Assembly: GCF_050013435.1 (NCBI RefSeq)
Contig: NZ_JBEKFG010000003.1
Location: 12,455-76,454, forward strand
Direction of reading: 5' to 3'
From: Candidatus Binatus sp.
GTDB lineage: Bacteria > Desulfobacterota > Binatia > Binatales > Binataceae
DNA: 64,000 nucleotides
Positions 48,949 to 59,785 of the stretch are shown here, one piece after another (within the stretch, counting starts at the first letter, position 1; each line of letters begins with the position of its first letter). The notes beneath the pieces are model-generated. The model saw only the letters and a program-made list of their open reading frames with translations. It searched no databases and was not told the DNA's origin. The position numbers were made by a program, and so were the translations under genes.

Positions 48949-49851
48949 TCACCAATCGCCGACCAGCTTAACCTCCGGTTCAAGCCAGACGCCGCTCTGC
49001 TCCCTGACCTTGATCCGCGCCATGTCGATCAGCGCGCGCACTTCCGCAGCCTGAGCGCCGCCAAGATTCACGATAAAATTTGCATGCTGATCGGAAAAAG
49101 CCGCGCCGCCCAGCCGCGTCCCCTTCAGACCCGCGCCTTCCAACAGCTTCCCCGCAAACTTGCCGGGCGGATTCTTGAAGATCGATCCGGCATTCGGCAC
49201 GCCGCGGGGCTGGCGCGACGCACGCCTGGCCTTCAGCTCCGCGACTCGCGCCATCAGCTGTGCGCGATCGCCGCGAGCAAGCTCGAAATCGACGCGCGTG
49301 ATTATGAAGTGCGCCGGCAGCTCGGTGCGCCGGTATGCGAACTTGACTTCGTCCCTGGTCAGCGCAAGCGCGTCGCCAGCCTCGGTGACGCCGTGGACCA
49401 GGGTGACCACCTTGGCGATTTCGCCGCCGAACGCGCCGGCGTTCATCACCAATCCGCCGCCGACCGTGCCGGGAATGCCTTCGCCGAATTCGAGCCCCTC
49501 AAGCCCCTGATCGACCACCGCCTGGACCAGGGCGCCGAACGCGGCAGCAGCGCCCGCGACGACTTTCGTGCCGTCAATTTTTATTTTGCCGAAGCCGTCG
49601 CCAAGCCTCACGACCAACCCGCGCACCCCGCGATCGCTCACCAGCAGATTGGTCCCCAAGCCGAGGCAAAAGCACGGCAGGCCCGCGCGATACGCCGCCG
49701 CCTTCGCGTGCATCAGCTCGGCTTCGTCCTCGACGGTGACGAACAAGTCCGCGGGCCCGCCAATGCGAAACGAGGTCAGCTCGGCCAGCGGCATCGCGCA
49801 GCGGACTCGCGCGCCAAATTTCTCGCGCAGCTCGCGTTCAAGCGCCTTCAT
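48949..49851 (-). CDS. murB: UDP-N-acetylmuramate dehydrogenase
   Basis: TSFRIGGPAD, GIPGTVGG..MNAGA, AGSIFKNP, HANFIVN, LEPEV. Confidence 0.95.
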   Translation of the reverse strand: MKALERELREKFGARVRCAMPLAELTSFRIGGPADLFVTVEDEAELMHAKAAAYRAGLPCFCLGLGTNLLVSDRGVRGLVVRLGDGFGKIKIDGTKVVAGAAAAFGALVQAVVDQGLEGLEFGEGIPGTVGGGLVMNAGAFGGEIAKVVTLVHGVTEAGDALALTRDEVKFAYRRTELPAHFIITRVDFELARGDRAQLMARVAELKARRASRQPRGVPNAGSIFKNPPGKFAGKLLEGAGLKGTRLGGAAFSDQHANFIVNLGGAQAAEVRALIDMARIKVREQSGVWLEPEVKLVGDW

Positions 49852-51268
49852 GGATTTTGACCTCGGCGCTGAGCGCGTTGAGTACTTCACCGCCCGTCTT
49901 GTAGATATCGCCGGCGCCCAAAGTCGCGATCACGTCGCCGGCGCGCGAGCCTGACGCGATGCGCGCGGCGGGATCTTCCTCGGCGCCGAGGTAATGCACT
50001 TCGAGATGGCCCCGCGCACGCAGCGCCTCGTACAGACGCCGCGCGGAAACGTCGGCAATCGGCTCCTCGCCGGCCGGATATACGTCGAACAGGTAAAGCA
50101 CGTCGGCATCGTCGAATGCCGACAGAAAATCGTCGAACAAATCGCGCAGCCGGGTGTATCGATGCGGCTGAAAGACCGCCACTACCCGGCGCTTGAACGA
50201 TGCGCGCACCGCGGCCAGGGTGGCGCGCACCTCCGCCGGATGATGCGCATAGTCGTCGAGCACGATTCGTCCGGCCGCTTCGCCCTTGATCTCGAATCGC
50301 CGGCTGATTCCGCCGAACTTGGCCAGCGCCGCCGCCGCGCGCTCGAAACTGATTCCAATTTCCATCGCGACTGCGATCGCCGCGAGCGAGTTCATCGCAA
50401 CATGCACGCCCGGCGTCGGTATGGTCACCGTGCCAAGCTGCTCGCCATTGCGAACCACCTCGAAGCGCGTGGAAAGGCCGTCGATTACGATCTTCTCGGC
50501 GCGCAGATCCGCGTCCTGCGCAACACCGTAGGTCACCATCGGCTTGCGAATCGACGCCATCAGGCCGCGCACGTTCACACTGTCGATTCCGAGCACGGCA
50601 ACGCCGTAGAACGGCACCCGGTTGATAAAGTCCGCAAACGCCTGCCGCACCCGATCCATCGTGCCGTAGTGATCGAGATGCTCCGGATCGATGTTCGTCA
50701 CCACCGCGATCGTCGGGATCAGCAGCAGAAACGACGCGTCGCTCTCGTCGGCCTCGGCAACCATGAAATCGCCGCGCCCCAGCCGGACGTTGGTGCCCGT
50801 ATTGCGAATATTTCCGCCCACCGCGACCGTGGGATCGAGGTCTGCTTCTTCCATGATCAGCGCGATGAGACCGGTCGTGGTCGTCTTGCCATGAGTCCCC
50901 GCGACCGCCACGCCGAGCTTGGCCATCCGCAGCAGCTCACCGAGCATCTCGGCGCGCGCGATTACCGGAATTTTCAGCTCGCGCGCTCGCGCGACTTCAG
51001 GGTTCGAAAATTTTATCGCCGACGAGATTACCACCGCGTCGATGCCGGCCTCATCCTTCAGATGCGCCGGATGATGCCCCTGGCTGATTTGCGCACCCAG
51101 CGACGCGAGCCGCGTGATCGCCGCCGATGGTTTCACATCGCATCCGCTGACCCGCATCCCGAGCTTCAGGCACAGCTCGGCGATTGCGCTCATGCCGGCG
51201 CCGCCGATTCCGACGAAGTGCAGCCGCCGCTGACGCGTCAAGAGACCATTTGCGAGCAGTTCACTCAC
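49838..51268 (-). CDS. murC: UDP-N-acetylmuramate--L-alanine ligase
   Basis: HFVGIGGAGMS, GTHGKTTT, EADESD, DDYAHHP, FQPHRY. Confidence 0.96.
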   Translation of the reverse strand: MSELLANGLLTRQRRLHFVGIGGAGMSAIAELCLKLGMRVSGCDVKPSAAITRLASLGAQISQGHHPAHLKDEAGIDAVVISSAIKFSNPEVARARELKIPVIARAEMLGELLRMAKLGVAVAGTHGKTTTTGLIALIMEEADLDPTVAVGGNIRNTGTNVRLGRGDFMVAEADESDASFLLLIPTIAVVTNIDPEHLDHYGTMDRVRQAFADFINRVPFYGVAVLGIDSVNVRGLMASIRKPMVTYGVAQDADLRAEKIVIDGLSTRFEVVRNGEQLGTVTIPTPGVHVAMNSLAAIAVAMEIGISFERAAAALAKFGGISRRFEIKGEAAGRIVLDDYAHHPAEVRATLAAVRASFKRRVVAVFQPHRYTRLRDLFDDFLSAFDDADVLYLFDVYPAGEEPIADVSARRLYEALRARGHLEVHYLGAEEDPAARIASGSRAGDVIATLGAGDIYKTGGEVLNALSAEVKIHEGA

Positions 51269-52347
51269 GCTGCCGCTTGCTCCGCAACTTCAAAACATAT
51301 TCCGGCTACGTGGCGAGCGGCGTCCGGATGCGCCGCCTGATGCGCCCGCAGACCCATCTCGTCCAGCCGCGCCGGATTCCCGGTAAGCGCGTCAAGTTCG
51401 CGCGCGAGATTGGACGCAAGCTGCTCGTCATCGCGAACTATTATCGCTCCGCCGCGCTTTTCAATCACGCGCGCGTTGTGCAGTTGTTGCAAATCCTTAT
51501 GGAACGGATAAGGCACGAAAATGGCCGCACGCGCGCCAAGAGCTATATCCGTGACCGTCATCGCGCCTGAACGTGCGACAACCAGATCGGCGCGATGCAG
51601 GGCGTCGGCGAGGTCGTCGATAAACGGCGTCACCTCAGCCGCGAGCCCCATTTCGCGGTATGCACTCCTCACCAACTCCTCATCCGCCTCCCCGGTCTGG
51701 TGGACAATGTTCAAATTTATAACACTTTTTCCGCAGATTTTGAAAGCCCCGACAACACCAATATTGACGCGATGTGCTCCCGATGAACCGCCTAAAACAA
51801 GGATTTGTAATTGCCCACCCTCCCGGGGTGATCGGTCAGGACGGTATTGAAAGCGGGTCGGATTACCCGTGACCGCGACTTTAGAGGAACTGAAATAAGC
51901 CGCACTGTCACTGAAGCCGACGCAGATTTTGTCCGCGAATCTCGACAACATCCGATTCGCCAGACCCGGCCGCGTGTTCTGCTCCATCAACACCAGCGGT
52001 GTCCGCGTCATGATCGCCGCCGCACCCATCGACGCCGACGCATATCCACCCGCGCTCACCACGAGGCTCGGACGAAAGCGCCTGACCAGCGACACCGCCA
52101 GCCCAATCGCGCGAACGAATTCCACCGACGCGCGCGCCCGCTCGATCGCGCTATGCCCGCGAATTCCATGCATCTCGAATAATTCGTAACGGTGCCCGCT
52201 CATCGGCAACCACTTCGCCTCGAGACCCGCGCTGGTGCCGACGAACAGCACCTCGATGCCGGGACGCTCGCGAATCAGTTCCTCGCCCAGCGCGACGGCC
52301 GGGAAGAGATGTCCTCCGGTGCCGCCGCCTGCGATTATCACCTTCAT
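51265..52347 (-). CDS. murG: Undecaprenyl-PP-MurNAc-pentapeptide GlcNAc transferase
   Basis: MKVIIAGGGTGGHLFP, GGYAS, EQN..PG.AN, GGS.GA. Confidence 0.95.
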   Translation of the reverse strand: MKVIIAGGGTGGHLFPAVALGEELIRERPGIEVLFVGTSAGLEAKWLPMSGHRYELFEMHGIRGHSAIERARASVEFVRAIGLAVSLVRRFRPSLVVSAGGYASASMGAAAIMTRTPLVLMEQNTRPGLANRMLSRFADKICVGFSDSAAYFSSSKVAVTGNPTRFQYRPDRSPREGGQLQILVLGGSSGAHRVNIGVVGAFKICGKSVINLNIVHQTGEADEELVRSAYREMGLAAEVTPFIDDLADALHRADLVVARSGAMTVTDIALGARAAIFVPYPFHKDLQQLHNARVIEKRGGAIIVRDDEQLASNLARELDALTGNPARLDEMGLRAHQAAHPDAARHVAGICFEVAEQAAA

Positions 52348-53492
52348 CGCACCGCCGGCCGGCGCCCGAGCGCGAGTAGCGCGCCCAGCGCCGCCATCGC
52401 GATGATGATCGAAGTGCCGCCGTAACTCAGGAACGGCAGAGGCAGCCCCTTGGTCGGGATCAGTCCGATCACCACCGACATGTTGATCAGCGCTTGAATC
52501 GAGAGCAGCGCGGTCAGTCCCACGGCCAGCAGGCTCGCGAACGGATCGGGCTCGTCGTGCGCGATTCGCATCCCCCGAAACAGGATCACCAGGAACAGCG
52601 CGACCACGACCGCCGCCCCGGCCAGGCCGAACTCCTCGCCAACCACCGCGAAAACAAAATCGGTGTGCGCCTCCGGCAGATAGAACATCTTCTGCCGTCC
52701 CGCGCCGAGACCTACGCCCCACTTGCCGCCTTCGCCCAGCGCGATGAACGATTGGACCAGCTGGAAGCCGGCTCCGCGCGCGACCGACCATGGATCGAGG
52801 AACGTCGTCAGCCGCTTCATGCGGTAGGATTTCGCTACTGCCTGGAATACCAACAGGCCGAGCGCTCCGCTGCCCGCGGCGGCAAGATGATCCCAGCGCG
52901 CGCCCGCCGCCCACAGCATCGCGAACAGGATCAGCGCGATCATCACGGTACTGCCGAAGTCCGGCTGCTTGAGAATCATCAGCGTGATCGGCCCGACGAT
53001 CAGAAACACCGCCAGCGGTCCATGCGTGAACTCGCGGATCCGATCCTGCCGCTTGCTCAGGAACCTGGCGAGGAAAAAGACCAGCGCGAATTTCACCAGC
53101 TCCGACGGTTCCGCGACCACCGGTCCCAGCTTGAGCCAGCGCCGCGCGCCGCCCTTGATCAGCCCGAGCCCCGGAACGTAGAGCAGCACCAGCATCACGA
53201 GCGACACGATGAACAACGGCATCACGATTCGGCGCAGACCCGCCAGCGAGAATTGCGACAGCAGGGTCAAAATGACGAAGCCGGCCGCGATGTGCGCCAG
53301 GTGAAGCTTGAAGAAATGGAACGCGTCGCCGCGCTTCTCGATGCCGAGAAAGTACGTCGTGTTCAGCACCATCAGCAGCCCGAGCAACAGCAGCGCCGCC
53401 GCCGGCAGCCACAGCCACGGGTCGGGACGCCGATAGGTTACCGCGTCAAAGCGCCCGAACCAGCTCTTTATATACGTTGCCGCGTTCCGCAT
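52344..53492 (-). CDS. ftsW: Peptidoglycan glycosyltransferase FtsW
   Basis: GARRW, QPDFG, LPEAHTDF, TKGLPLPFLSYGG; start approximate. Confidence 0.93.
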   Translation of the reverse strand: MRNAATYIKSWFGRFDAVTYRRPDPWLWLPAAALLLLGLLMVLNTTYFLGIEKRGDAFHFFKLHLAHIAAGFVILTLLSQFSLAGLRRIVMPLFIVSLVMLVLLYVPGLGLIKGGARRWLKLGPVVAEPSELVKFALVFFLARFLSKRQDRIREFTHGPLAVFLIVGPITLMILKQPDFGSTVMIALILFAMLWAAGARWDHLAAAGSGALGLLVFQAVAKSYRMKRLTTFLDPWSVARGAGFQLVQSFIALGEGGKWGVGLGAGRQKMFYLPEAHTDFVFAVVGEEFGLAGAAVVVALFLVILFRGMRIAHDEPDPFASLLAVGLTALLSIQALINMSVVIGLIPTKGLPLPFLSYGGTSIIIAMAALGALLALGRRPAVR

Positions 53493-54783
53493 AGTCCTTG
53501 AACTGATCGAAGCTCGAGCACGCCGGCGACAGCAGGACCGTGTCGCCCGGCCGCGCCGCGCGCGCCGCATGTTCAACCGCCTCGCTTAGAGTCGCCACCA
53601 ATTCGATCTGCGTCGCACCTTCGAGCGCCGCCGCCATCTTGTCCCGCGCCGCTCCGTTCAAAATCGCAAGCTTGACCTTCTCGCCGAGCGGCCGTCTCAG
53701 CGGCGCGTAATCTCCGCCCTTGTCGAGACCGCCGGCGATCAGAATTATCGGCGCCGCGATCGCGTCGATCGCCTCGACCACCGCGCCGACGTTGGTTCCC
53801 TTCGAGTCGTCGATATAAGTCACGCCGCCGCGCGCATGGACGACTTCGATTCGATGCGGCAGTCCGCGAAATGACGCGAGCGCGCGTTCGATATCTTCAG
53901 CCTCGACCCCAAGCGCGAGCGCCGCTGCCGACGCCGCCATCGCATTGGATATGTTGTGCCGCCCACGCAAGCGAAATCCTTCAAGGCCGATTCGCCCGCG
54001 ACGCGCGCCGTCAAAATGCAAATCGAAGACGATCGCGTTTGACCGCTCGTCGAACCAAATCGACGCCGCGCCTTCGCCGCGCGCGTGACCGAAGCCGATC
54101 ACCCGCGAGCGCACGCCGTCGGCGAGCTTCCACACATTGGGATCGTCGCGATTGAGAATCGCGTAGTCCGAAGCATCCTGGTTTTCGAACAAGCGCGCCT
54201 TCGCGCGCCCGTAGTCGGCGAGATCGCGATAGCGATCGAAGTGATCGTCGCTCAGATTCAGATGCACGCCGGCGTGCGGCCGGAATTTCTCGATCCATTC
54301 GAGCTGGAAGCTCGACACCTCGACGACCGCGGCGTCCCACTTGCCCTCGACCGCGTCGATTAGCGGCGTGCCCAGGTTGCCGCCGACGAACGTGCGCCGT
54401 CCCGACGCCTTCAAAATCTCGCCGACGAGCACCACGACCGTGCTCTTGCCGTTGGTGCCGGTGACCGCGGCGATCGGCGCCTTGAGGAAGCGGCTGGCGA
54501 GTTCGATTTCTCCGATTACCGGAATTCTCCGCTCGATCGCAGCCCGCAGCAGAATCGAATCGCGCGGTACTCCCGGACTGGTGACGACCAACTCGACGCC
54601 GTGCAGCCAGCTCGCATCTTCGGCGCCGAGCTTCAATGCGCCCGCAGGCAGTTTGCCGCGCTCGACGTCGACGCGTCGATCCGTCATCACGAGTTTCGCG
54701 CCGCGCGAGGCAAGGAACCGCGCCGCGGCGAGCCCGCTGACTCCCAGTCCCACGATCATCACGCGCTTGTCCGAAAGTTCCAT
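53446..54783 (-). CDS. murD: UDP-MurNAc-L-Ala--D-Glu ligase
   Basis: GLGVSG, TGTNGKST, EVSSFQL, DDSKGTN, SPACSSFDQF. Confidence 0.96.
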   Translation of the reverse strand: MELSDKRVMIVGLGVSGLAAARFLASRGAKLVMTDRRVDVERGKLPAGALKLGAEDASWLHGVELVVTSPGVPRDSILLRAAIERRIPVIGEIELASRFLKAPIAAVTGTNGKSTVVVLVGEILKASGRRTFVGGNLGTPLIDAVEGKWDAAVVEVSSFQLEWIEKFRPHAGVHLNLSDDHFDRYRDLADYGRAKARLFENQDASDYAILNRDDPNVWKLADGVRSRVIGFGHARGEGAASIWFDERSNAIVFDLHFDGARRGRIGLEGFRLRGRHNISNAMAASAAALALGVEAEDIERALASFRGLPHRIEVVHARGGVTYIDDSKGTNVGAVVEAIDAIAAPIILIAGGLDKGGDYAPLRRPLGEKVKLAILNGAARDKMAAALEGATQIELVATLSEAVEHAARAARPGDTVLLSPACSSFDQFKDYAERGNVYKELVRAL

Positions 54784-55862
54784 CAACGCAACTTCAACGT
54801 GCTCAGTGCGACCAGCGCACACACGATCGATACAATCCAGAATCTGATCACGACCACGGTTTCGGGGATGCCCTTCAGTTCAAAATGATGATGCAGCGGC
54901 GCCATGAGAAAAAAACGCTTGTGCGTCGCCTTGAAATAGTAGCGCTGAATGATGGTCGAGAGCGCCTCTGCGACAAAAACTCCGCCGGCTATTGCCAGTG
55001 CGAGTTCCTGCTTGGCCAGCACGGCTACGGTTCCGAGCGCGCCGCCCAGCGCGAGCGCGCCCACGTCGCCCATCATCATCGAAGCCGGATAGGCGTTGAA
55101 CCAGAGGAAGCCAAGCGACGCGGCAATCACCGACGCGCAGAAAATCGCAACCTCGCCGACGTTGGCGATGTACGGAATCTGCAAATAGCTCGCGAACTTG
55201 ATGTTGCCGGCGACGTAGGTGAACGTCCAGTAGGTGAACGCGACGGTCATCACGGGTCCAATCGCGAGGCCGTCGAGCCCGTCGGTCAGGTTCACCGCAT
55301 GCGAGCATCCCACGATCACGAGCATCGCGAACGGGATATAAAGCCACCAGTGAAGATCGGGATGAATGTTCTTCAGGAACGGCACCGTCAGATGGGTGTC
55401 GAAGCCGAGATACAGGACCAGCCACGCCGCGGCGATGAACGCGCACGAAAATGACCAGGCGAGCTTGACCGGGCCGCTCAGACCAAGCCCTTTGCCGCGG
55501 GTGAGCTTCAAGTAGTCGTCGGTGAAACCGATCGCGCCGAAAGACAGCGTCACGAAGATCGCGATCCAGACGTACGGATTGAGGATGTTGGCGAGCAGCA
55601 GCGTCGCCGCCAGCATCGACGCCACGATCAGCAGACCGCCCATCGTGGGCGTGCCGGCCTTCTTCTGATGCGCCTGCGGAACAACCTCGCGAATCGTCTG
55701 ACCGATATGCAGCTCGCGAAACCGTTCAATTAGAATGGGTCCCAGAGCCAACGACAGCGCCAGCGCCGCCAGCCCGGCCAGCACCGATCGCAGCGTCTCG
55801 TACCTGAGCGCATTGAAGCCGGAATAATATTTGTGCAGGGGGTAGAGCAGCAGGTAGAGCAT
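54783..55862 (-). CDS. mraY: Phospho-N-acetylmuramoyl-pentapeptide transferase
   Basis: KAGTPTMGG, NLTDGLDGL, MGDVG, MAPLHHHFE. Confidence 0.97.
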   Translation of the reverse strand: MLYLLLYPLHKYYSGFNALRYETLRSVLAGLAALALSLALGPILIERFRELHIGQTIREVVPQAHQKKAGTPTMGGLLIVASMLAATLLLANILNPYVWIAIFVTLSFGAIGFTDDYLKLTRGKGLGLSGPVKLAWSFSCAFIAAAWLVLYLGFDTHLTVPFLKNIHPDLHWWLYIPFAMLVIVGCSHAVNLTDGLDGLAIGPVMTVAFTYWTFTYVAGNIKFASYLQIPYIANVGEVAIFCASVIAASLGFLWFNAYPASMMMGDVGALALGGALGTVAVLAKQELALAIAGGVFVAEALSTIIQRYYFKATHKRFFLMAPLHHHFELKGIPETVVVIRFWIVSIVCALVALSTLKLR

Positions 55863-55880
55863 CGCGGCGCTCGCCGAGTA

Positions 55881-57419
55881 TCAACTCTGCCCGCCGCCGA
55901 GTTCCGCCGCAATCTCGCGGACCACGACCCGATCGTCGAACGGAAGTACCCGCCCCGCCACCAGCTGATAGTCCTCGTGTCCCTTGCCCGCGATCAAAAC
56001 CGCGTCGCCAGCCGTCGCGATTCTGAGCGCAATCGCGATCGCGGTGCGCCGATCCGGCTCCACGATATATCCGCCACGCATCGATGCATCACCAAGCTTT
56101 TTCGGATTTCCGATTCGCGCGCGTCCCGCCGCGATCAATCCCTGCTCGACCTCGGCGATTATCGCCATCGGGTCTTCGCTGCGCGGATTGTCGGAGGTCA
56201 GCACCGGGAGATCGGCGAGCCGTCCCGCAATCTCACCCATGATCGGCCGCTTGCCGCGGTCGCGATCTCCGCCGCATCCGAACACGCAGATGATCCTGCC
56301 CGCGCCGACGCGCCGCAGCGCCGTGAGCACCGCCTCCAGCGCGTCGGGCTTGTGCGCGTAATCGACCAGCACGGTGACCCCCGCTTTCGCCTGGATCGCT
56401 TCGAGTCTGCCGGGGGCCCCTGGGCATCGCCGCACCCCATCCGCCACCGCCCCTGATCCGACACCCAGGGCCGCCGACAGAGCCGACGCGCCCAGGATAT
56501 TGAGCAAATTGATTTCGCCGATCAGCGGCGACTCGATTTCGATCTTTTTGCCGAGCACCGACAGCGTCGCGCGAAGTCCGCTCACGTCCGCGTCGAATTT
56601 CTCGGGATGCACGTCGAGCGAGCGGTCCAGCCCGAAACTTATTTTCGAGCCCTTGACCGATTCGAGCACCCGTTGCCCGAACGGATCGTCGCCGCGCACC
56701 ACCGCGACCGGGTCTGCGCGCCGGCTGCGCGGCAGTATCTCGGTGAACAGCCGCAGCTTCGCCGCGAAGTAGTCCTCGATTGTCGCATGATAGTCGAGAT
56801 GGTCGCGGCCCAGGTTGGTGAACATGCAGGCGCGAAAGCTCAGCGCATCGACCCGCCCTTCCGCGATTCCAATCGACGACACTTCCGCCGCCGCGTGCCG
56901 CACGCCCGCGCGCTCCATTTGCGCCAGCGCGGACTCGAAGTCGATCGACTCGGGCGTGGTAAGCCCGCTGTAGATTTTCTTTCCGGCAATGAAAATGCCG
57001 ATCGTGCCGATGATCCCCGCGGGCATGCCGGCCGCCTCGAAAATCGACGCCAGGATGTAGCTGGTCGTGGTCTTGCCGCTGGTTCCGGTGATACCGATCA
57101 AATCGACGCGCTCGCTCGGCGCACCAAAGAAGCGCGACGCGGCCGCGCCCATCAGCAGACGCGGCCGCTCGCTCTCCACCAGGGTCACCGCGGGGCGCAC
57201 CGTTCCACCATCCCATCCCCCAACCACCACAGCGCGCGCCCCACGGTTTAATGCATCGTCAATGTTGGCCCGGTTCCGCTTTGGATCGCGGGCCGTCGAG
57301 AAGTACAGATGACCGGGCCTGGTCTGGCGCGAGTCGTAGCTGAGGCCCGTGATTTCCACGTTCAGGTCACCGTCGATTCGACGGACGTCGAGTCCTTCGA
57401 GTAATTCACCAAGTTTCAC
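55881..57419 (-). CDS. murE: UDP-MurNAc-tripeptide synthetase (mDAP-specific)
   Basis: GTSGKTTT, LTTPE, DYAHKPD, FGCGGDRD, DNPR, GKGHE. Confidence 0.95.
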   Translation of the reverse strand: MKLGELLEGLDVRRIDGDLNVEITGLSYDSRQTRPGHLYFSTARDPKRNRANIDDALNRGARAVVVGGWDGGTVRPAVTLVESERPRLLMGAAASRFFGAPSERVDLIGITGTSGKTTTSYILASIFEAAGMPAGIIGTIGIFIAGKKIYSGLTTPESIDFESALAQMERAGVRHAAAEVSSIGIAEGRVDALSFRACMFTNLGRDHLDYHATIEDYFAAKLRLFTEILPRSRRADPVAVVRGDDPFGQRVLESVKGSKISFGLDRSLDVHPEKFDADVSGLRATLSVLGKKIEIESPLIGEINLLNILGASALSAALGVGSGAVADGVRRCPGAPGRLEAIQAKAGVTVLVDYAHKPDALEAVLTALRRVGAGRIICVFGCGGDRDRGKRPIMGEIAGRLADLPVLTSDNPRSEDPMAIIAEVEQGLIAAGRARIGNPKKLGDASMRGGYIVEPDRRTAIAIALRIATAGDAVLIAGKGHEDYQLVAGRVLPFDDRVVVREIAAELGGGQS

Positions 57420-57422
57420 TTT

Positions 57423-59501
57423 TCACTTTCGCCCGGCCTGCCCGCCGCCGCTGAAATACGACGCGGGTACGACGCCGGAATCGCCTGCCGCGCCGGCTTC
57501 ACTCTCCGCGACAATCGGCGCGAGCGTCAGTTTCACCGTCGAATGATTGAGCGCAGCGCCGGCGCGCGGCTCCTGCGCGACCACGTAGCCGCCGCCATGC
57601 ACGTCGACATTGACGCGCGAGATTCGCGCCAGCTCCATCGCGCGCCTGAGACTCAATCCCGCGAAATCGGGGGTTGCCCGCGTCAGTTTCGAACCCGTCA
57701 GCACGGGCAGATAGTCGTCCACCTCGGCAGCCGCGCGCTTCGGGTCCGGATTTCGGGCCGCCGAATCCTTGCCGAAATCGGGCATCGGAATCATGCCGGC
57801 GGTATCGTAGGGCTGACTGGGCGCGGTGATATTCAGATCGCGAACCGCGCCCTGCGCGATTTCGCTGAACACCGGCGCCGCGATCAATCCGCCAAAATGT
57901 TCGTGGCCCACATCGTACAACACCACCAGGATCAGGAGGCGCGGATCGTCCGCCGGCAAAAATCCCACGAACGATGAAACGTGGCGATTCTGATAGTAGG
58001 TGCCGTTTTCCGGATTCACCATCTGCGCCGTGCCGGTCTTGCCCGCCACGATAAACCCGTCAACCCGCGCCTTGGCAGCGGTACCGCCGTCGGACATCAC
58101 GACGTTGCGCAGCAGGAGGTTCATCTGATGCGCGATATCGGGCGCAATCGCGCGACGCATCACCTGCGGCGTATGCGTGAGCAGCGCGCGCCCATCGGCG
58201 CCGTAAGCCGCCCTCACCACGTACGGGCGGATGATATTTCCGCCGTTGGCGATCGCCGCGTAGGCCACCGCGAGCTGGATCGGCGTGACCGCCACGCCCT
58301 GCCCAAAACCGTGATTGGCGAGATCTATTTCTTTCCATCCCGACGCTTTGCTCAGCATCCCCGCCGCTTCGCCCGGCAAATCGATTCCGGTGCGCGCGCC
58401 GATTCCAAATGCGAGCAGTCCTTCGTGGTAGCGGTCCGAGCCGAGCGTCAACGCGATCTTCGCCGCGCCGATATTCGACGACACTTCGATTATCCCGCCC
58501 AGATTGAGCCATCCGTGACGGCTGTGATCGTGGATCGTGTGACGATCGATCGTGAACTGTCCGTCCTCGCAGTAGAATTGGCGATCGAGCGTGATCGCGT
58601 GATCGGCCAGCGCAATCGAGCCGAGAATTCCCTTCATCGTCGAGCCCGGCTCGAACGCATCCTCCACCGCCGGGTTGTGCAGACGGTCGTGGACGTCGGC
58701 GCCACCGGCGCTGACGTTGGCCATCGCGATCACTTCGCCGGTAAATGGATCGAGCACGATTGCGCTGCCGCGCTTCGCGCCGCTCTGAACTACTTCCGCC
58801 GCCAACTCGGTTTCGGCAAGCGATTGGATCGACGAATCGATCGTCAGCTCGAGTTGCGCGCCCGGTGCCGGCGCCTTGAGCGCCATCGGGCTGTCGAAAA
58901 TCGGATGCCCCAGCGCGTCACGATAGAAGCTCAGCTCAACCGCTTCGCCTCGCGCCAGCTTGTCGTATTGCAACTCCAACCCGGAGAGACCCTGGCCATC
59001 CATCCCCGCCAACCCCACCACCGAAGCGGCCAGGTTGCTCTCCGGGTAAAACCGCTTGTATTCGCTGATCGTGCCGATACCGTCGATTCCGAGCGCTTCC
59101 ACGGCCTGCGCCTTGTCCGGTGAGATTCGACGCTCGAGCCACACGAACGGCGCGTCCTTGTTCAACTTCGATTCGAGCGAAATCGGCAGCATCATCAGGA
59201 TTGCCGCGAGCTTGGTCCGCTCGGCCGGGGTGCTCGACTCGAGCACCCGGCGCGGCCGCGCGTAAACCGAGCGCGTCTCGGCCGACAGCGCCAGCGGCTC
59301 GCCGTTGCGATCGACGATCGGTCCGCGCACCGCCGCCAGTTCGCTCTCTCCGGTATGTTCGTGGCGGGCCAGCGAGTTCAGTCGCGGCCCGTATATCGCC
59401 ACCAGCATCACCAGCCGGATTACCGCCAAACCGAACAACGCCGACAGAGCGAGCGTGAGTGCTCCGATTCGAGTGCGCCGCTGCTTGAACGATGCCTTCA
59501 T
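57423..59501 (-). CDS. ftsI: Penicillin-binding protein FtsI with C-terminal PASTA-like domain
   Basis: RG.IVDRNG; STMK (SxxK), SSN, KTG motifs. Confidence 0.93.
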   Translation of the reverse strand: MKASFKQRRTRIGALTLALSALFGLAVIRLVMLVAIYGPRLNSLARHEHTGESELAAVRGPIVDRNGEPLALSAETRSVYARPRRVLESSTPAERTKLAAILMMLPISLESKLNKDAPFVWLERRISPDKAQAVEALGIDGIGTISEYKRFYPESNLAASVVGLAGMDGQGLSGLELQYDKLARGEAVELSFYRDALGHPIFDSPMALKAPAPGAQLELTIDSSIQSLAETELAAEVVQSGAKRGSAIVLDPFTGEVIAMANVSAGGADVHDRLHNPAVEDAFEPGSTMKGILGSIALADHAITLDRQFYCEDGQFTIDRHTIHDHSRHGWLNLGGIIEVSSNIGAAKIALTLGSDRYHEGLLAFGIGARTGIDLPGEAAGMLSKASGWKEIDLANHGFGQGVAVTPIQLAVAYAAIANGGNIIRPYVVRAAYGADGRALLTHTPQVMRRAIAPDIAHQMNLLLRNVVMSDGGTAAKARVDGFIVAGKTGTAQMVNPENGTYYQNRHVSSFVGFLPADDPRLLILVVLYDVGHEHFGGLIAAPVFSEIAQGAVRDLNITAPSQPYDTAGMIPMPDFGKDSAARNPDPKRAAAEVDDYLPVLTGSKLTRATPDFAGLSLRRAMELARISRVNVDVHGGGYVVAQEPRAGAALNHSTVKLTLAPIVAESEAGAAGDSGVVPASYFSGGGQAGRK

Positions 59502-59785
59502 GGGAGCATCACCACCTGCCCGCGTCCGGGCGGCGCAAGATGATATTGCGGCGCGAGCGCGCGCAGCCGATCGTGCGAGCTGAGTTGCGCGGCCGTCAGG
59601 CGCAGTCCGCGATTTTCGTCCTGCAGCCTGGCAATTTCATCGTGCAACGCCGGCAGCCGATAGCCTTCTCGCGTCACTTCCAGCCGTATCATCAATGTCG
59701 CGAATCCCACGACCGCGATCAGCGCGCCGAGCACCGCCGGCACCGCCCTGGACGGCCGCTGCGTCGGCTTTACCCGCGCGCTCAT
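59498..59785 (-). CDS. ftsL: Cell division protein FtsL
   Basis: Small TM plus coiled-coil protein between rsmH and ftsI. Confidence 0.75.
   Translation of the reverse strand: MSARVKPTQRPSRAVPAVLGALIAVVGFATLMIRLEVTREGYRLPALHDEIARLQDENRGLRLTAAQLSSHDRLRALAPQYHLAPPGRGQVVMLP

Noticed and set aside
51265-53418. 717-aa ORF suggesting a MurG fusion
   Set aside because: The N-terminal part is an off-frame read-through of ftsW. MurG begins at ATG 52347.
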